From the NCBI GenBank assembly GCA_049976305.1, contig JBMFIM010000005.1, forward strand, positions 1 to 52,383: a stretch of DNA of 52,383 bases, in the 5' to 3' direction. Within the stretch, counting starts at the first letter, position 1. Each line of letters starts with the position of its first letter. Shown here one piece after another: positions 18,371-27,057 of the stretch. Origin of the DNA: Candidatus Micrarchaeia archaeon (GTDB taxonomy: Archaea; Micrarchaeota; Micrarchaeia; Micrarchaeales; CABMGC01). Both the position numbers and the translations under genes were made by a program. The notes below the pieces were generated by a model. The model saw nothing but the letters and a program-made list of their open reading frames with translations. It did not search any database and was not told the origin of the DNA.

Positions 18371-18809
18371 GCTTTAGACTGAACGTGTTCTGTCCTGTTT
18401 TTGCAAATCCTGCCTTTTCAAAGAAGTTTTGTGCAATTTTGTTCTTCTCGTTTATGTAAGCTATGACTGTTTCTATGCCTATTGCTTTTGCCATATTGAG
18501 TGCTGTTCTGAGGAGCGCGGTTCCTACTCCCTTTCTTCTTTCTTCCTTTCTTACCAAAATCCCGATCCGGCCTTCTCTTCCTACCTTTAATATCTCACAC
18601 TCTCCTATTACCTTGTTGGACTCCAATGCCACCAAATCTACAAGCGTTTTGCCGATATTTCTTATCTTTTCCTCCATCAGTGCCTCAAGCTCTTCTTTGC
18701 TTGGTGCATGCGTATAGAAGAAGGCGTCTGGTGTGTCCTCATAGACGCTTAGCACAAGGTCTTTGATTTGTTCTTTGTCCGACTCTGCAAGTTGCCTTAT
18801 CTCCACCAT
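18360..18809 (-). CDS. GNAT family N-acetyltransferase (Pat-like)
   Basis: V...RRKGVGTALL acetyl-CoA motif and N..A..FFEKAGF motif. Confidence 0.9.
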   Translation of the reverse strand: MVEIRQLAESDKEQIKDLVLSVYEDTPDAFFYTHAPSKEELEALMEEKIRNIGKTLVDLVALESNKVIGECEILKVGREGRIGILVRKEERRKGVGTALLRTALNMAKAIGIETVIAYINEKNKIAQNFFEKAGFAKTGQNTFSLKLNG

Positions 18810-18858
18810 ATGCGTGGGGAGATGAAGCTTAATATTCTTTGTCTTTGTCAATTAGGAT

Positions 18859-19056
18859 ATGGCCATACAGAAAGGCGTTGCAAAGAGGATTTTGCTTGAT
18901 TCCGGGGCAAGGAGAGTGAGCACAGAGGCTGCTGAGGCGTTTGCGAATCTGCTTAACAAGTATGCTTATTCTATAGCCAAGAAAGCGGTTAGGCTTGCAA
19001 GGCATGCTAAGAGAAAGACTGTAGAGAAGGAGGACATAGAGCTTGCAAAGTCATAA
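18859..19056 (+). CDS. Archaeal histone (HMf-like)
   Basis: KRILLDSGARRVS..A...AVRLARHAKRKTVEKEDIELA pattern. Confidence 0.95.
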   Translation: MAIQKGVAKRILLDSGARRVSTEAAEAFANLLNKYAYSIAKKAVRLARHAKRKTVEKEDIELAKS

Positions 19057-19058
19057 GG

Positions 19059-19343
19059 CTATGCCAACGCCAATGATACGCCAAGAAGCTTGAGTATAAC
19101 TAATGTGCCTACTGCAGGCAGGCCGAATATGGTAGTAGCTACGAATATTGGCAGATTATATGGTATGCCAAGCCCAAAAACAGAATTTGCGAGGAATATA
19201 GTTACGAAGCCTAGTATGCTGTTTGCTATTAGCCCGAAGATGAGCTTGAGTATTAGCTTGCCAAGCTTGTAGACTATAAGCAAAACTGCAACTATACCTA
19301 TTCCTATGACAAGCTCTGCCAATATGCCTGTGAGCAGGGGCAT
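19059..19343 (-). CDS. BofA-like small membrane protein
   Basis: NSILG...N..G..IP.N......IFGLPAV pattern; three TM segments. Confidence 0.75.
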   Translation of the reverse strand: MPLLTGILAELVIGIGIVAVLLIVYKLGKLILKLIFGLIANSILGFVTIFLANSVFGLGIPYNLPIFVATTIFGLPAVGTLVILKLLGVSLALA

Positions 19344-19344
19344 A

Positions 19345-19352
19345 TTTATAAA
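19345..19352 (+). promoter_or_regulatory. TATA box of the RNase P RNA gene
   Basis: TTTATAAA about 22 nt upstream of the P1 helix. Confidence 0.6.
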
Positions 19353-19373
19353 TAGGGAAAGTAAATTAATAAT

Positions 19374-19615
19374 GAGTGGTGCGTGGACGGCTTACGGTCT
19401 ATATGACTGTGGAAGCTCCCTCCATGCAGAGCGTGCATGGCTTAATAGCCTAATTCGGAACAGAAACGAAGCATTTCGTAGCATGTGCTATGACGCTACG
19501 AGCGCTGCGGTATGCTTGAAACGTGCCGATGCGCACGCTGTGAGCATGCAATGCCTCAAATGGCAGCTCAGTCTGATGCCGTCTAAAACAGAAGAGGGGC
19601 TACGGCGCACCACTC
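19374..19615 (+). ncRNA. rnpB: RNase P RNA (compact archaeal form)
   Basis: P1 GAGTGGTGCG/CGCACCACTC; P2 GACGGC/GCCGTC; P4 GGAAGCTCCCTC pairing with AACAGAAGAGGGGCTA; S-domain AACAGAAAC and TGAAAC motifs. Confidence 0.9.
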
Positions 19616-19624
19616 GGTGATCTC

Positions 19625-20614
19625 ATGCAGGAAATGCCTGAAGGACTGAAGAAGCAAATGCAGAAGCAGGGCTATCACTTTGTCGGCAAGCATTCAGCGG
19701 TGAAGACCTGCGAGTATACTAAGAAAGGAATAAGGGGCGAAACTCTCTGCTACAAAAACGAGTTCTATGGAATAAGAAGCTGGCAGTGCTTGCAGGCTAC
19801 TCCTGCCATAGGCTGCGACCTTGCATGCAGGTTCTGCTGGAGGCTTATACCTGATGAGGAAGGCTACAAGTGGAACGAGCTTAATGCAGTAGACGAGTGG
19901 GATAGCCCAGCAGAGATAGTAGAGGGCATGATAGAAGAGCAAAGGAAGCTTGTCAGCGGCTTCAAGGCCATTGCCGATAACGAGCTAAGGAGAAAAAGGT
20001 TTGAAGAGGCCAACATGCCACGCCATGCCACACTCAGCTTAACCGGAGAGCCGCTGTTTTACCCTTATATGAGTGAGCTGCTTGAAGAGTTCCACAAGCG
20101 CCATTTCAGCACCTTCTTGGTGCACAACGGTACACTGCCAGAAGCGATAAAGAAGCTGCGAGTACTACCTACGCAGTTCTACATCTCCCTGCAGGCTCCA
20201 GACAAGGAAACTTATGAGAAGGTCACTAGGCCGAAAATACCAAACGCTTGGGACAGGCTCCTTGAAAGCCTGAGACTTATGCACGACATGAAAACAAGGA
20301 CTGTGTTGAGGCTAACGCTTGTGAAGGGGCTCAACATGCTAAATCCCGAAGGCTATGCCCAGCTTATAAAGATCGCAATGCCTAATTATGTGGAAGTAAA
20401 AGGCTTTTCCTTTGTTGGCGGGGCCAGGGAGGAAACAAGAGGCTTGCACTATGAGGACATGCCGATGCATAGCGAGATAAGGGAGTTTGCCCAGAAGCTT
20501 GCAGACCTTACTGGCTATATGGTAACAGATGAACATGAGGAAAGCAGGGTTGTGCTCCTTTGCAGGGATGAGCAGTCAAAAGCTCAGCGAATAATAGACT
20601 TTGATAAGCTTTAG
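19625..20614 (+). CDS. taw1: tRNA 4-demethylwyosine synthase Taw1 (radical SAM)
   Basis: HSAVKTC, CYK..FYGI.S.QCLQ, CDLACRFCWR, SLTGEP and EVKG motifs. Confidence 0.95.
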   Translation: MQEMPEGLKKQMQKQGYHFVGKHSAVKTCEYTKKGIRGETLCYKNEFYGIRSWQCLQATPAIGCDLACRFCWRLIPDEEGYKWNELNAVDEWDSPAEIVEGMIEEQRKLVSGFKAIADNELRRKRFEEANMPRHATLSLTGEPLFYPYMSELLEEFHKRHFSTFLVHNGTLPEAIKKLRVLPTQFYISLQAPDKETYEKVTRPKIPNAWDRLLESLRLMHDMKTRTVLRLTLVKGLNMLNPEGYAQLIKIAMPNYVEVKGFSFVGGAREETRGLHYEDMPMHSEIREFAQKLADLTGYMVTDEHEESRVVLLCRDEQSKAQRIIDFDKL

Positions 20615-20695
20615 GCTTTCTGAAAGCAGTTGTTTTGTTGCCCTATAGTTATTTATTTAAACCAATAAATACATTATTTTAAATGGGCAGGGCCT

Positions 20696-22300
20696 ATGCC
20701 TATACTAGTGCCGGTTTTGCTGTCCTTCGGTAGCATAAATGCGCTCATCCCTATAATTATTATTATAATATTGATAGCTGCTGCAGGAGGACTCATGCGT
20801 GGCTACGATCTTTTTGCACTTTTTGGCTTGGGTGCACTAGTTGGCGTAGGAGGCGCAGCTAAAAAGGGTTCAATTGCAAGTAGGAACCCATTTGGGTCTT
20901 TGGCAAAGGGCTCGCATACTAGCAAGTTGCCAAGAATAAAGCCTATAAAAACTGGCATAAGGCTTGGTATTCGTCGAACGCCTGAGGGCCAAGGCCGGTT
21001 GCCCTTCAGATTAGATTTCGGCATAAACAAAGATGAGGCGCTAAACGCCCAAAGGGCGCATGTTACTCAGAAATTTGTTAACAACATAAATAAATACACT
21101 AAGAATGCTATAGATCCCAATTCGGGCATGCTTGATATAGGCAAACTTACTGCTACCAATCTTAATTTTATGAAGAGGGACATTGCCAAGCTTTACTCGC
21201 CCTATTATAAGATTAATCCGAATAACATAGGGGTACGCCGAGAGGGCGATACTCTTGTGTTTTTTGATACAAGAACTAACGATGCGCTTGTGCGTCTTGA
21301 TAAGCACGGCGCATATGTAGAAACCGGAAGCGGCGTTTCAGCGTTAGTGTTTAATAGCATGCCAGGAAAAGCTAAGACACTAGTGTGGAGTCTCAATACA
21401 GCGCACGACGTCCGCCAGCAGGGAGGAGTAAAAATGGCTGTAGCAGAGGCATATGCAAATGAAGTAAAAGAGAAAAAGTTGAAGGTAAACCAGATAGAGA
21501 ATGCACTCAAAAACGCCAAATCCGGCGTTGGCTCGTCTGACATACCACTGTTAGCTGACATTCTTGCTAATTTTGACGTTGACGAGTTGAAGAAAAAGGC
21601 CTACATAGAAGAGCTTAAACAGCGCTATGAGCAAGAGCTAACAAGAAACAAAGGGCGGCTTACAAAGGAGCAGCAATACAAAATTCAGTGGGCTCTCAGA
21701 AAAAATAGATCAGATGCCTTAAGGGAAGATATTTCAGGAAGGAAATACAGCATAATTGACGAGCACTTTAAAGAGTTTGATAAAAGAGTGCAGTCAATTG
21801 TCAACAATCCAAACCTATCTGACAAGCAAAAGTTAGATATGATAAACAAAGAAAGAGCATGGCTTGTAAGAGCCATTAGCGGAACGACCGATATTAAAGA
21901 GATTGTTAAAAGCATAGCCTCTGGCAATTTCGAAGAGGCAGCTAGGGAATTCTACAATGCGCCAAGGATATTATACCCTACTAAGGAGCATTTTAGTAAC
22001 CTTAGTAACCTTAGCAACGTGCCAAAGGCTGGCAGCGCCAGAGCAGCCATAAGCACTGTTCTAAGCACTGTCTCTTCGGTTTTCAGCATGACTGAAGCGG
22101 AGAAAAGGGAACTTGCAAAAACGAAGATTCTTCTAGAGGAGCGCAAGGAAGGAGGAATTGCGCTATTTGGAAATTCAGGGACTAATGTTGCACTACTTGG
22201 AAAAGATAAAGTAACTGCAGCGACACTTGGAGAGGATCAAGATAAAGTGAAAGCAGCGACATTGGAAAAGAAAATGCGCGACTTAGAAAAAAGCGCATAA
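20696..22300 (+). CDS. Membrane-anchored hypothetical protein with a long basic/helical domain
   Basis: 534-aa ORF with an N-terminal hydrophobic segment and short internal duplications near the C-terminus. Confidence 0.7.
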   Translation: MPILVPVLLSFGSINALIPIIIIIILIAAAGGLMRGYDLFALFGLGALVGVGGAAKKGSIASRNPFGSLAKGSHTSKLPRIKPIKTGIRLGIRRTPEGQGRLPFRLDFGINKDEALNAQRAHVTQKFVNNINKYTKNAIDPNSGMLDIGKLTATNLNFMKRDIAKLYSPYYKINPNNIGVRREGDTLVFFDTRTNDALVRLDKHGAYVETGSGVSALVFNSMPGKAKTLVWSLNTAHDVRQQGGVKMAVAEAYANEVKEKKLKVNQIENALKNAKSGVGSSDIPLLADILANFDVDELKKKAYIEELKQRYEQELTRNKGRLTKEQQYKIQWALRKNRSDALREDISGRKYSIIDEHFKEFDKRVQSIVNNPNLSDKQKLDMINKERAWLVRAISGTTDIKEIVKSIASGNFEEAAREFYNAPRILYPTKEHFSNLSNLSNVPKAGSARAAISTVLSTVSSVFSMTEAEKRELAKTKILLEERKEGGIALFGNSGTNVALLGKDKVTAATLGEDQDKVKAATLEKKMRDLEKSA

Positions 22301-22380
22301 ATAGAAGAAAATCTGAAGTTAGAAAAATCAAAAACAAAAGGCCCACTCTAACTTAAATAAAATAAATTTAGAAAAACGCT

Positions 22381-22512
22381 TCACTCCTCTCCTTCGTCGC
22401 CTTCGTCTTCGTCGTCTTCCTCTTCCCAGCCTTCGTCTTCGTCGTCTTCCTCTTCCCAGCCTTCGTCTTCGTCGTCTTCCTCTTCCCAGCCTTCTTCATC
22501 TTCTGATACCAT
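22381..22512 (-). CDS. 43-aa hyperacidic repeat peptide MVSEDEE(GWEEEDDEDE)x3GDEGEE
   Basis: ATG at 22512, TGA at 22381. GTGAT SD-like site just upstream and a TTTAAATATA box about 30-40 nt upstream. Confidence 0.7.
   Translation of the reverse strand: MVSEDEEGWEEEDDEDEGWEEEDDEDEGWEEEDDEDEGDEGEE
22401..22490. repeat. Perfect 30-bp tandem repeat, 3 copies
   Basis: CTTCGTCTTCGTCGTCTTCCTCTTCCCAGC at 22401, 22431 and 22461. Confidence 0.97.
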
Positions 22513-22677
22513 ACTGATCACTTAGCCTTTTTTGATTAGTAAATATATTTAAACATTTGCTTTCCATTTAGTGGCTTCTTTTCCTATTTGTGACGTACTT
22601 AAAACACTGCTTTTAGTGCAGATAGAGAGAAGAGAAGTAACTTTCAATAGTATTAAAAAGTTATTAGGCTAATTAGA

Positions 22678-23094
22678 ATGGTGGCGAAAATGGCAGGCAA
22701 GCTAAGCATAATAATGTTCAGCGGTACCGCCGACAAATTTATTCCTTTGGGTGTTCTTTCTCAGGCCGGCGCCGCTATGGGTATGGAGGTAAACATTTTT
22801 GTGACGGGCTTTGCTCTGTTGGGCTTCCTTAAGCAGCCTAGGGGGCTTCCTTTCCCCAAAGAGTTCGAAGCAATGGCTCAGGCTTTGCAGGAAGGCATGA
22901 AACGCAACAACGTAGCTGTTTGGAGCGACATGCTGAGGCAGGCAAAGGCGCTCGGCGCGCATGTCTACGCATGCTCAATGATGTGCGGGGTTATGGGTTT
23001 GAAGAAGGAAGATTTCAGCGATCTTGTAGATGACATAGTCGGAGCTGCAACATTCCTGCAGAAATCAGAGGGAGGGCAGACTCTTTTCATATGA
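22678..23094 (+). CDS. DsrE/DsrE2-like sulfur carrier
   Basis: KLSII.FSGT.DK, YACSMMC and VGAATFL motifs. The start may be ATG 22690. Confidence 0.85.
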   Translation: MVAKMAGKLSIIMFSGTADKFIPLGVLSQAGAAMGMEVNIFVTGFALLGFLKQPRGLPFPKEFEAMAQALQEGMKRNNVAVWSDMLRQAKALGAHVYACSMMCGVMGLKKEDFSDLVDDIVGAATFLQKSEGGQTLFI

Positions 23095-23103
23095 GGTGAT
23101 TTT

Positions 23104-23334
23104 ATGGCGAAGAAAGTTATAGACTCAAGAGGATCAGCATGCCCTGGCCCTATAACTGACTTAGCTCTAGCTTACAGGAATGCAAGCATAGGGGATGAAA
23201 TAGAGTTATGGGCCACAGATCCTGGAGTGAAAGAGGATGCAAAGGCCTGGGCTCAAAGAACAGGAAACGTTATTGAGTCGATAACCGAACAGCCAGACAA
23301 GATTGTAGTGCTAATAAAAATTGTAAAGAAGTAG
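23104..23334 (+). CDS. tusA: TusA/SirA family sulfurtransferase
   Basis: D.RG.ACPGP and TDPG..ED...W motifs. Confidence 0.9.
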   Translation: MAKKVIDSRGSACPGPITDLALAYRNASIGDEIELWATDPGVKEDAKAWAQRTGNVIESITEQPDKIVVLIKIVKK

Positions 23335-23345
23335 GCAGAGGTTTT

Positions 23346-24524
23346 ATGGCTAAGAGGCTAGTTATAGTGGGGGCTGGCGATGGAGGCGTAATGCTAGCTA
23401 ACAGGCTGGCTTCTAAGGGCTTCGATATAACAGTAATAGACAAAAGCAACAGGCACTATTTTCAGCCTTGGCTTTTGCATATTGCATTTAATGGCGCAAA
23501 GGAAAAGTCGATAGAGCAGACAAAGCTTCTGCCTAAGAACTCTAAATTCATACTAGATGCAGTAAAACTCGTGGACCTTGAAAACAGAAAGATAATACTT
23601 AGCAATTCTGAAATGGACTACGACTACGTTGTTGTAGACACAGGCAGTTTTGGCGACTATAGTAAAATACCCGGCCATCTGCAGCTTTACCAAGAGTTCG
23701 GCGACTTCCACAGCACAACAGAAGCCGCTCAGAGGCTGTGGAAAAAGGCGAGCACTTTTGCTGGAGGCAAGGCAATAATAGGCTCGACGTATCCTATTTT
23801 CAAATGCCCGCCTTCGCCGCTTGAAGCAGCATTTCTCTTTGAAGAGCTTACGAGAAAGAGGCGTGTACGGAGCCAAACGCAAATAACCTTCATAACTCCT
23901 TTCCCAAGGGCGTATCCTGCAGAGCCGATGAACGAAATTGTTGAGCCGATAATGAAAGAGAGAGGAATAAGCGTAGTGACGTTTTTCGATGTGGAATCAA
24001 TAGACCCTGCTAAACGCATAATTACCTCCTTAGAAGGGGATACGCTGCAATACGACTTTGCCGCACTTGTGCCGCCGCATGTCGGGGCGGGCATTGTGAA
24101 GGATTTTTGCGATGAAAACGGTTTCGTAAAGACCGACAAAGAGACGTTGCAGATAGGGAATTTTGATGATGCTTATTGCATAGGAGACGCCACCAACATA
24201 TCAACTTCTAAATCCGGCGTTACTGCCCATCTTGAATCTAAGGTTGTCGCACAGAGGCTTCTTGGCGTTGATGCTAGGTTTGATGGCAGGACAAACTGCC
24301 CTATGGAAATTGGAGGCCACAAAGCTACTTTTGTTATAGGCTCTTACACTCAGCCAGTTGTTAAACTTAAACCTAGCACGTTCAACTACTTTCTTAAAAT
24401 TGGCATGAAATATACTGCTTGGCAGACGCTGAAAACGAAGATGGACTTTATAATGGACTGGTATTTTGCAAGTACCGATCCCGCAAAGCTTAATGCAAAA
24501 TTAAACAAGCAAAAATCCAGCTAG
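23346..24524 (+). CDS. Sulfide:quinone oxidoreductase-like flavoprotein
   Basis: GAGDGG FAD motif, KCPPSP.E, LVPPH, IGDAT..TSKSG..AH and a second Cys in TNCP. Confidence 0.8.
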   Translation: MAKRLVIVGAGDGGVMLANRLASKGFDITVIDKSNRHYFQPWLLHIAFNGAKEKSIEQTKLLPKNSKFILDAVKLVDLENRKIILSNSEMDYDYVVVDTGSFGDYSKIPGHLQLYQEFGDFHSTTEAAQRLWKKASTFAGGKAIIGSTYPIFKCPPSPLEAAFLFEELTRKRRVRSQTQITFITPFPRAYPAEPMNEIVEPIMKERGISVVTFFDVESIDPAKRIITSLEGDTLQYDFAALVPPHVGAGIVKDFCDENGFVKTDKETLQIGNFDDAYCIGDATNISTSKSGVTAHLESKVVAQRLLGVDARFDGRTNCPMEIGGHKATFVIGSYTQPVVKLKPSTFNYFLKIGMKYTAWQTLKTKMDFIMDWYFASTDPAKLNAKLNKQKSS

Positions 24525-27010
24525 GTATAATGTATCGCAGCTATGCTTGCGTTGCTTTCGTTGTAGACAATTTTGAATATCTTTGTGTCAAGATTGTTGT
24601 ATACGAGCTGGAGCTTTGCGATGTTGTTATTCCAAGGGCAGCTTGTATAATCGCATTCGTAGAGGAACTTTATCATGTTGCTGTGCGCAAGGCCAGGAGC
24701 AAGCAAATAGGCTCCAGTGACGTTTATCGGCAGTTTGATGCTTGGCTCAGGGGAGTAGGTTACAAGCAAAGTATAATTGTCAGTAGTGGTGAAGTTTGAT
24801 TGGCTTATAACAACGCTGCTTGTGTTTAGTATGTTGTAGAGGATAACATTGGAGAACATTGAAACGTTGCTCTGGCCATTGGGCAATGTTTCTACAAGGA
24901 ATCCGCCAAATCTTTTTGTCCCGTTTATTGTTTGAATCACCAGCTTTCCTGTAAATTCTATATTGTTTATATAATAGCCTGAGAAGGTTAGCAGGGTAGT
25001 TGTGGTATTGGTTGTTTCGCTTATAGTGTTGAAAGGCCCGTAGCCGTAGAGCGATTCAATATATGCATTTATGCTTTGGTTTAGTTCGTTGCCTAATGTT
25101 TGGTTTAGTTGAGACCAGCTTGTCAGATGGTATTTTGTCAAGAGTTCTGACCTTATTCTGCTAATGAACGTTTGGTTATAGTTGTCCACCCCGTATCCGC
25201 TTTCTGTATATATGCCCCCTGTCTCCACAAGCCAAGCGTACCTAACAAGCAGGTAATTGGGCTTGCCGTTTATTGGCGTGAGGAGGAATCTTGCATCTGG
25301 CGATGAGTTGAAAAGCCAAGCGGCAAATGGGTTTGCCTTGCTACCATTTTGCGATCCTACACTGTCAGTTACGCTTGTCCTGTTTGCTATGCCCTCTACT
25401 AGGGAGCCGTCAGGCCACAGTGTGAGCACGACACTGTTGCTTGGCGAGTTGTTCTTGAGCCATGAGAGGGCCTGAACTACTGGCGGATTTGAAGGGTTTG
25501 TGCAAAAGAATTGAGGCATGCAGATCTCATCCGCAGGTGAAAGGCCTGCTGTGTACTTTGCGCTGAGCTCATACTGCTCAGCCAAAACTAAAATAAGAAG
25601 AAACACGCCTACGTAGAAAAGTGGCTTAACTTTCTTAGCCTCAGTTAGCAGCCAATACAGCGTATAGGCAGCAAAAATAGAAAGAGGTACCGATACTAGA
25701 GAATTGAACCTTATTGCATTCATTTGTAGATATGCTGTTGCCGCAAAGTATGCAAGTATCGCAAGCAACGCCTCGCTGTAGCCGAACATTATTCTTGCCC
25801 TTCCTTTTGCAAACCCGCCACTGTCAAATACCTGCATGAAGAAATAGGGCACCGCAAAGACTATGGCAAGTAGCCAGTACCAGTATTTGGCGATGTGGTT
25901 GACAGACCAAATCATTGGGTAATCCATGGGAACTAGGAAGAGCTGCAAGCCGAAGCTTGCAAGCAGGAATGGATACGAAGGGGGCTGAAGCTCTTGTATG
26001 GTTTCTGCAAACCTGTTGCTGCTGAGCGTCAAGAAGCTGCCACTTTTAATTACTTCTATTACAAATCCTGGCAATGCAGCATATATTGCCAGCATTGAAA
26101 TTGCAAAAATGAGCAAGAATATTAGAAAACGTTCATAGGGCCTTTTGTGCTTGGAATACTTGAGAATGAGGTCAAACAAGTATGCGCCGATCGCCATAAC
26201 TGCAAAGATAGGTATAAAGTGCCAGCCTGTAAAGGTTTGCCCCATTATCAAATATGCCCATTTGTATAGAGACACGAAAGCGAACCAAACAAGGAACATT
26301 ACAAGCATGTATTTAGCATCGTTAAGCAGCTTGGTATCTGCAAAGGTGTAACCGAACAAGAGTAGAAGAATAAAGAAGAGAAGCATAACTACTGTAGTGA
26401 ATGGTGCGCCATTCCAAACGAAGTTGGCCCCGCTTAAGAGGAACCCAGCTAGGACTGCAAGCAAAATCTTTTTCTTCTGTTTTGTCTCCTTCATCATTGC
26501 AAGAGAGGCGATGAGTGCAAGTATTAGGAAGATTGTGACAAAGCTGTCGCCCCTGAAGATTAGTGTACTTGTCCTTGCAGCATCGCCCATGTTGAGCGCT
26601 ACAAGTGCCATTGCCAACAATCCAAGAAGCTTGTCCTTGCTAAGATATCTGGCTAAAAAATAGGCGCCTATTACGTCGAATAAGCCAAACACTAGCGCCA
26701 CATGCCTCATAATCTGGTATGCGCTTATTCCGAAGAACCTGAGTATGAAATAAGGCGCAAGTACTGTGTAATAGAGCCCCTTAGGCTCGCTTATTATGGT
26801 GTGCGCAGGCCAGCCAGATATTGAGAGGTACATGGGCACTATGAAGTTGTTGGCGATTGCTGCTCTGATTACTGAGAAGTGGTAGTAGTCGTCTGGCTCG
26901 TAGAAGCCGTAGTACTTTAAGAGTGGCGCCCTGAATCTTATGGCTACTAGAAGTATGATTAATACTGCTAGAATAGTTAAGTACGCCTCTGCTTTTTTGT
27001 GATCTGCCAT
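24521..27010 (-). CDS. aglB: Oligosaccharyltransferase AglB/STT3
   Basis: EPDDYYH and TIQE motifs, many TM helices, ALSWLK.NSP..SVVLTLWPDG (a WWDYG variant) and ANR.SVTD. Confidence 0.85.
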   Translation of the reverse strand: MADHKKAEAYLTILAVLIILLVAIRFRAPLLKYYGFYEPDDYYHFSVIRAAIANNFIVPMYLSISGWPAHTIISEPKGLYYTVLAPYFILRFFGISAYQIMRHVALVFGLFDVIGAYFLARYLSKDKLLGLLAMALVALNMGDAARTSTLIFRGDSFVTIFLILALIASLAMMKETKQKKKILLAVLAGFLLSGANFVWNGAPFTTVVMLLFFILLLLFGYTFADTKLLNDAKYMLVMFLVWFAFVSLYKWAYLIMGQTFTGWHFIPIFAVMAIGAYLFDLILKYSKHKRPYERFLIFLLIFAISMLAIYAALPGFVIEVIKSGSFLTLSSNRFAETIQELQPPSYPFLLASFGLQLFLVPMDYPMIWSVNHIAKYWYWLLAIVFAVPYFFMQVFDSGGFAKGRARIMFGYSEALLAILAYFAATAYLQMNAIRFNSLVSVPLSIFAAYTLYWLLTEAKKVKPLFYVGVFLLILVLAEQYELSAKYTAGLSPADEICMPQFFCTNPSNPPVVQALSWLKNNSPSNSVVLTLWPDGSLVEGIANRTSVTDSVGSQNGSKANPFAAWLFNSSPDARFLLTPINGKPNYLLVRYAWLVETGGIYTESGYGVDNYNQTFISRIRSELLTKYHLTSWSQLNQTLGNELNQSINAYIESLYGYGPFNTISETTNTTTTLLTFSGYYINNIEFTGKLVIQTINGTKRFGGFLVETLPNGQSNVSMFSNVILYNILNTSSVVISQSNFTTTDNYTLLVTYSPEPSIKLPINVTGAYLLAPGLAHSNMIKFLYECDYTSCPWNNNIAKLQLVYNNLDTKIFKIVYNESNASIAAIHYT

Positions 27011-27057
27011 GGAATCCTTTTAGTTTTAAAGTATTAAATTCCTTTCCTGCTTGCCTG

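Noticed and set aside
19306..19620. 104-aa ORF in the ORF track
   Set aside because: It coincides with the RNase P RNA.
22401..22490. 30-bp repeats as a CRISPR array
   Set aside because: The units are head-to-tail with no spacers, keep an in-frame peptide, and there are no cas genes nearby.
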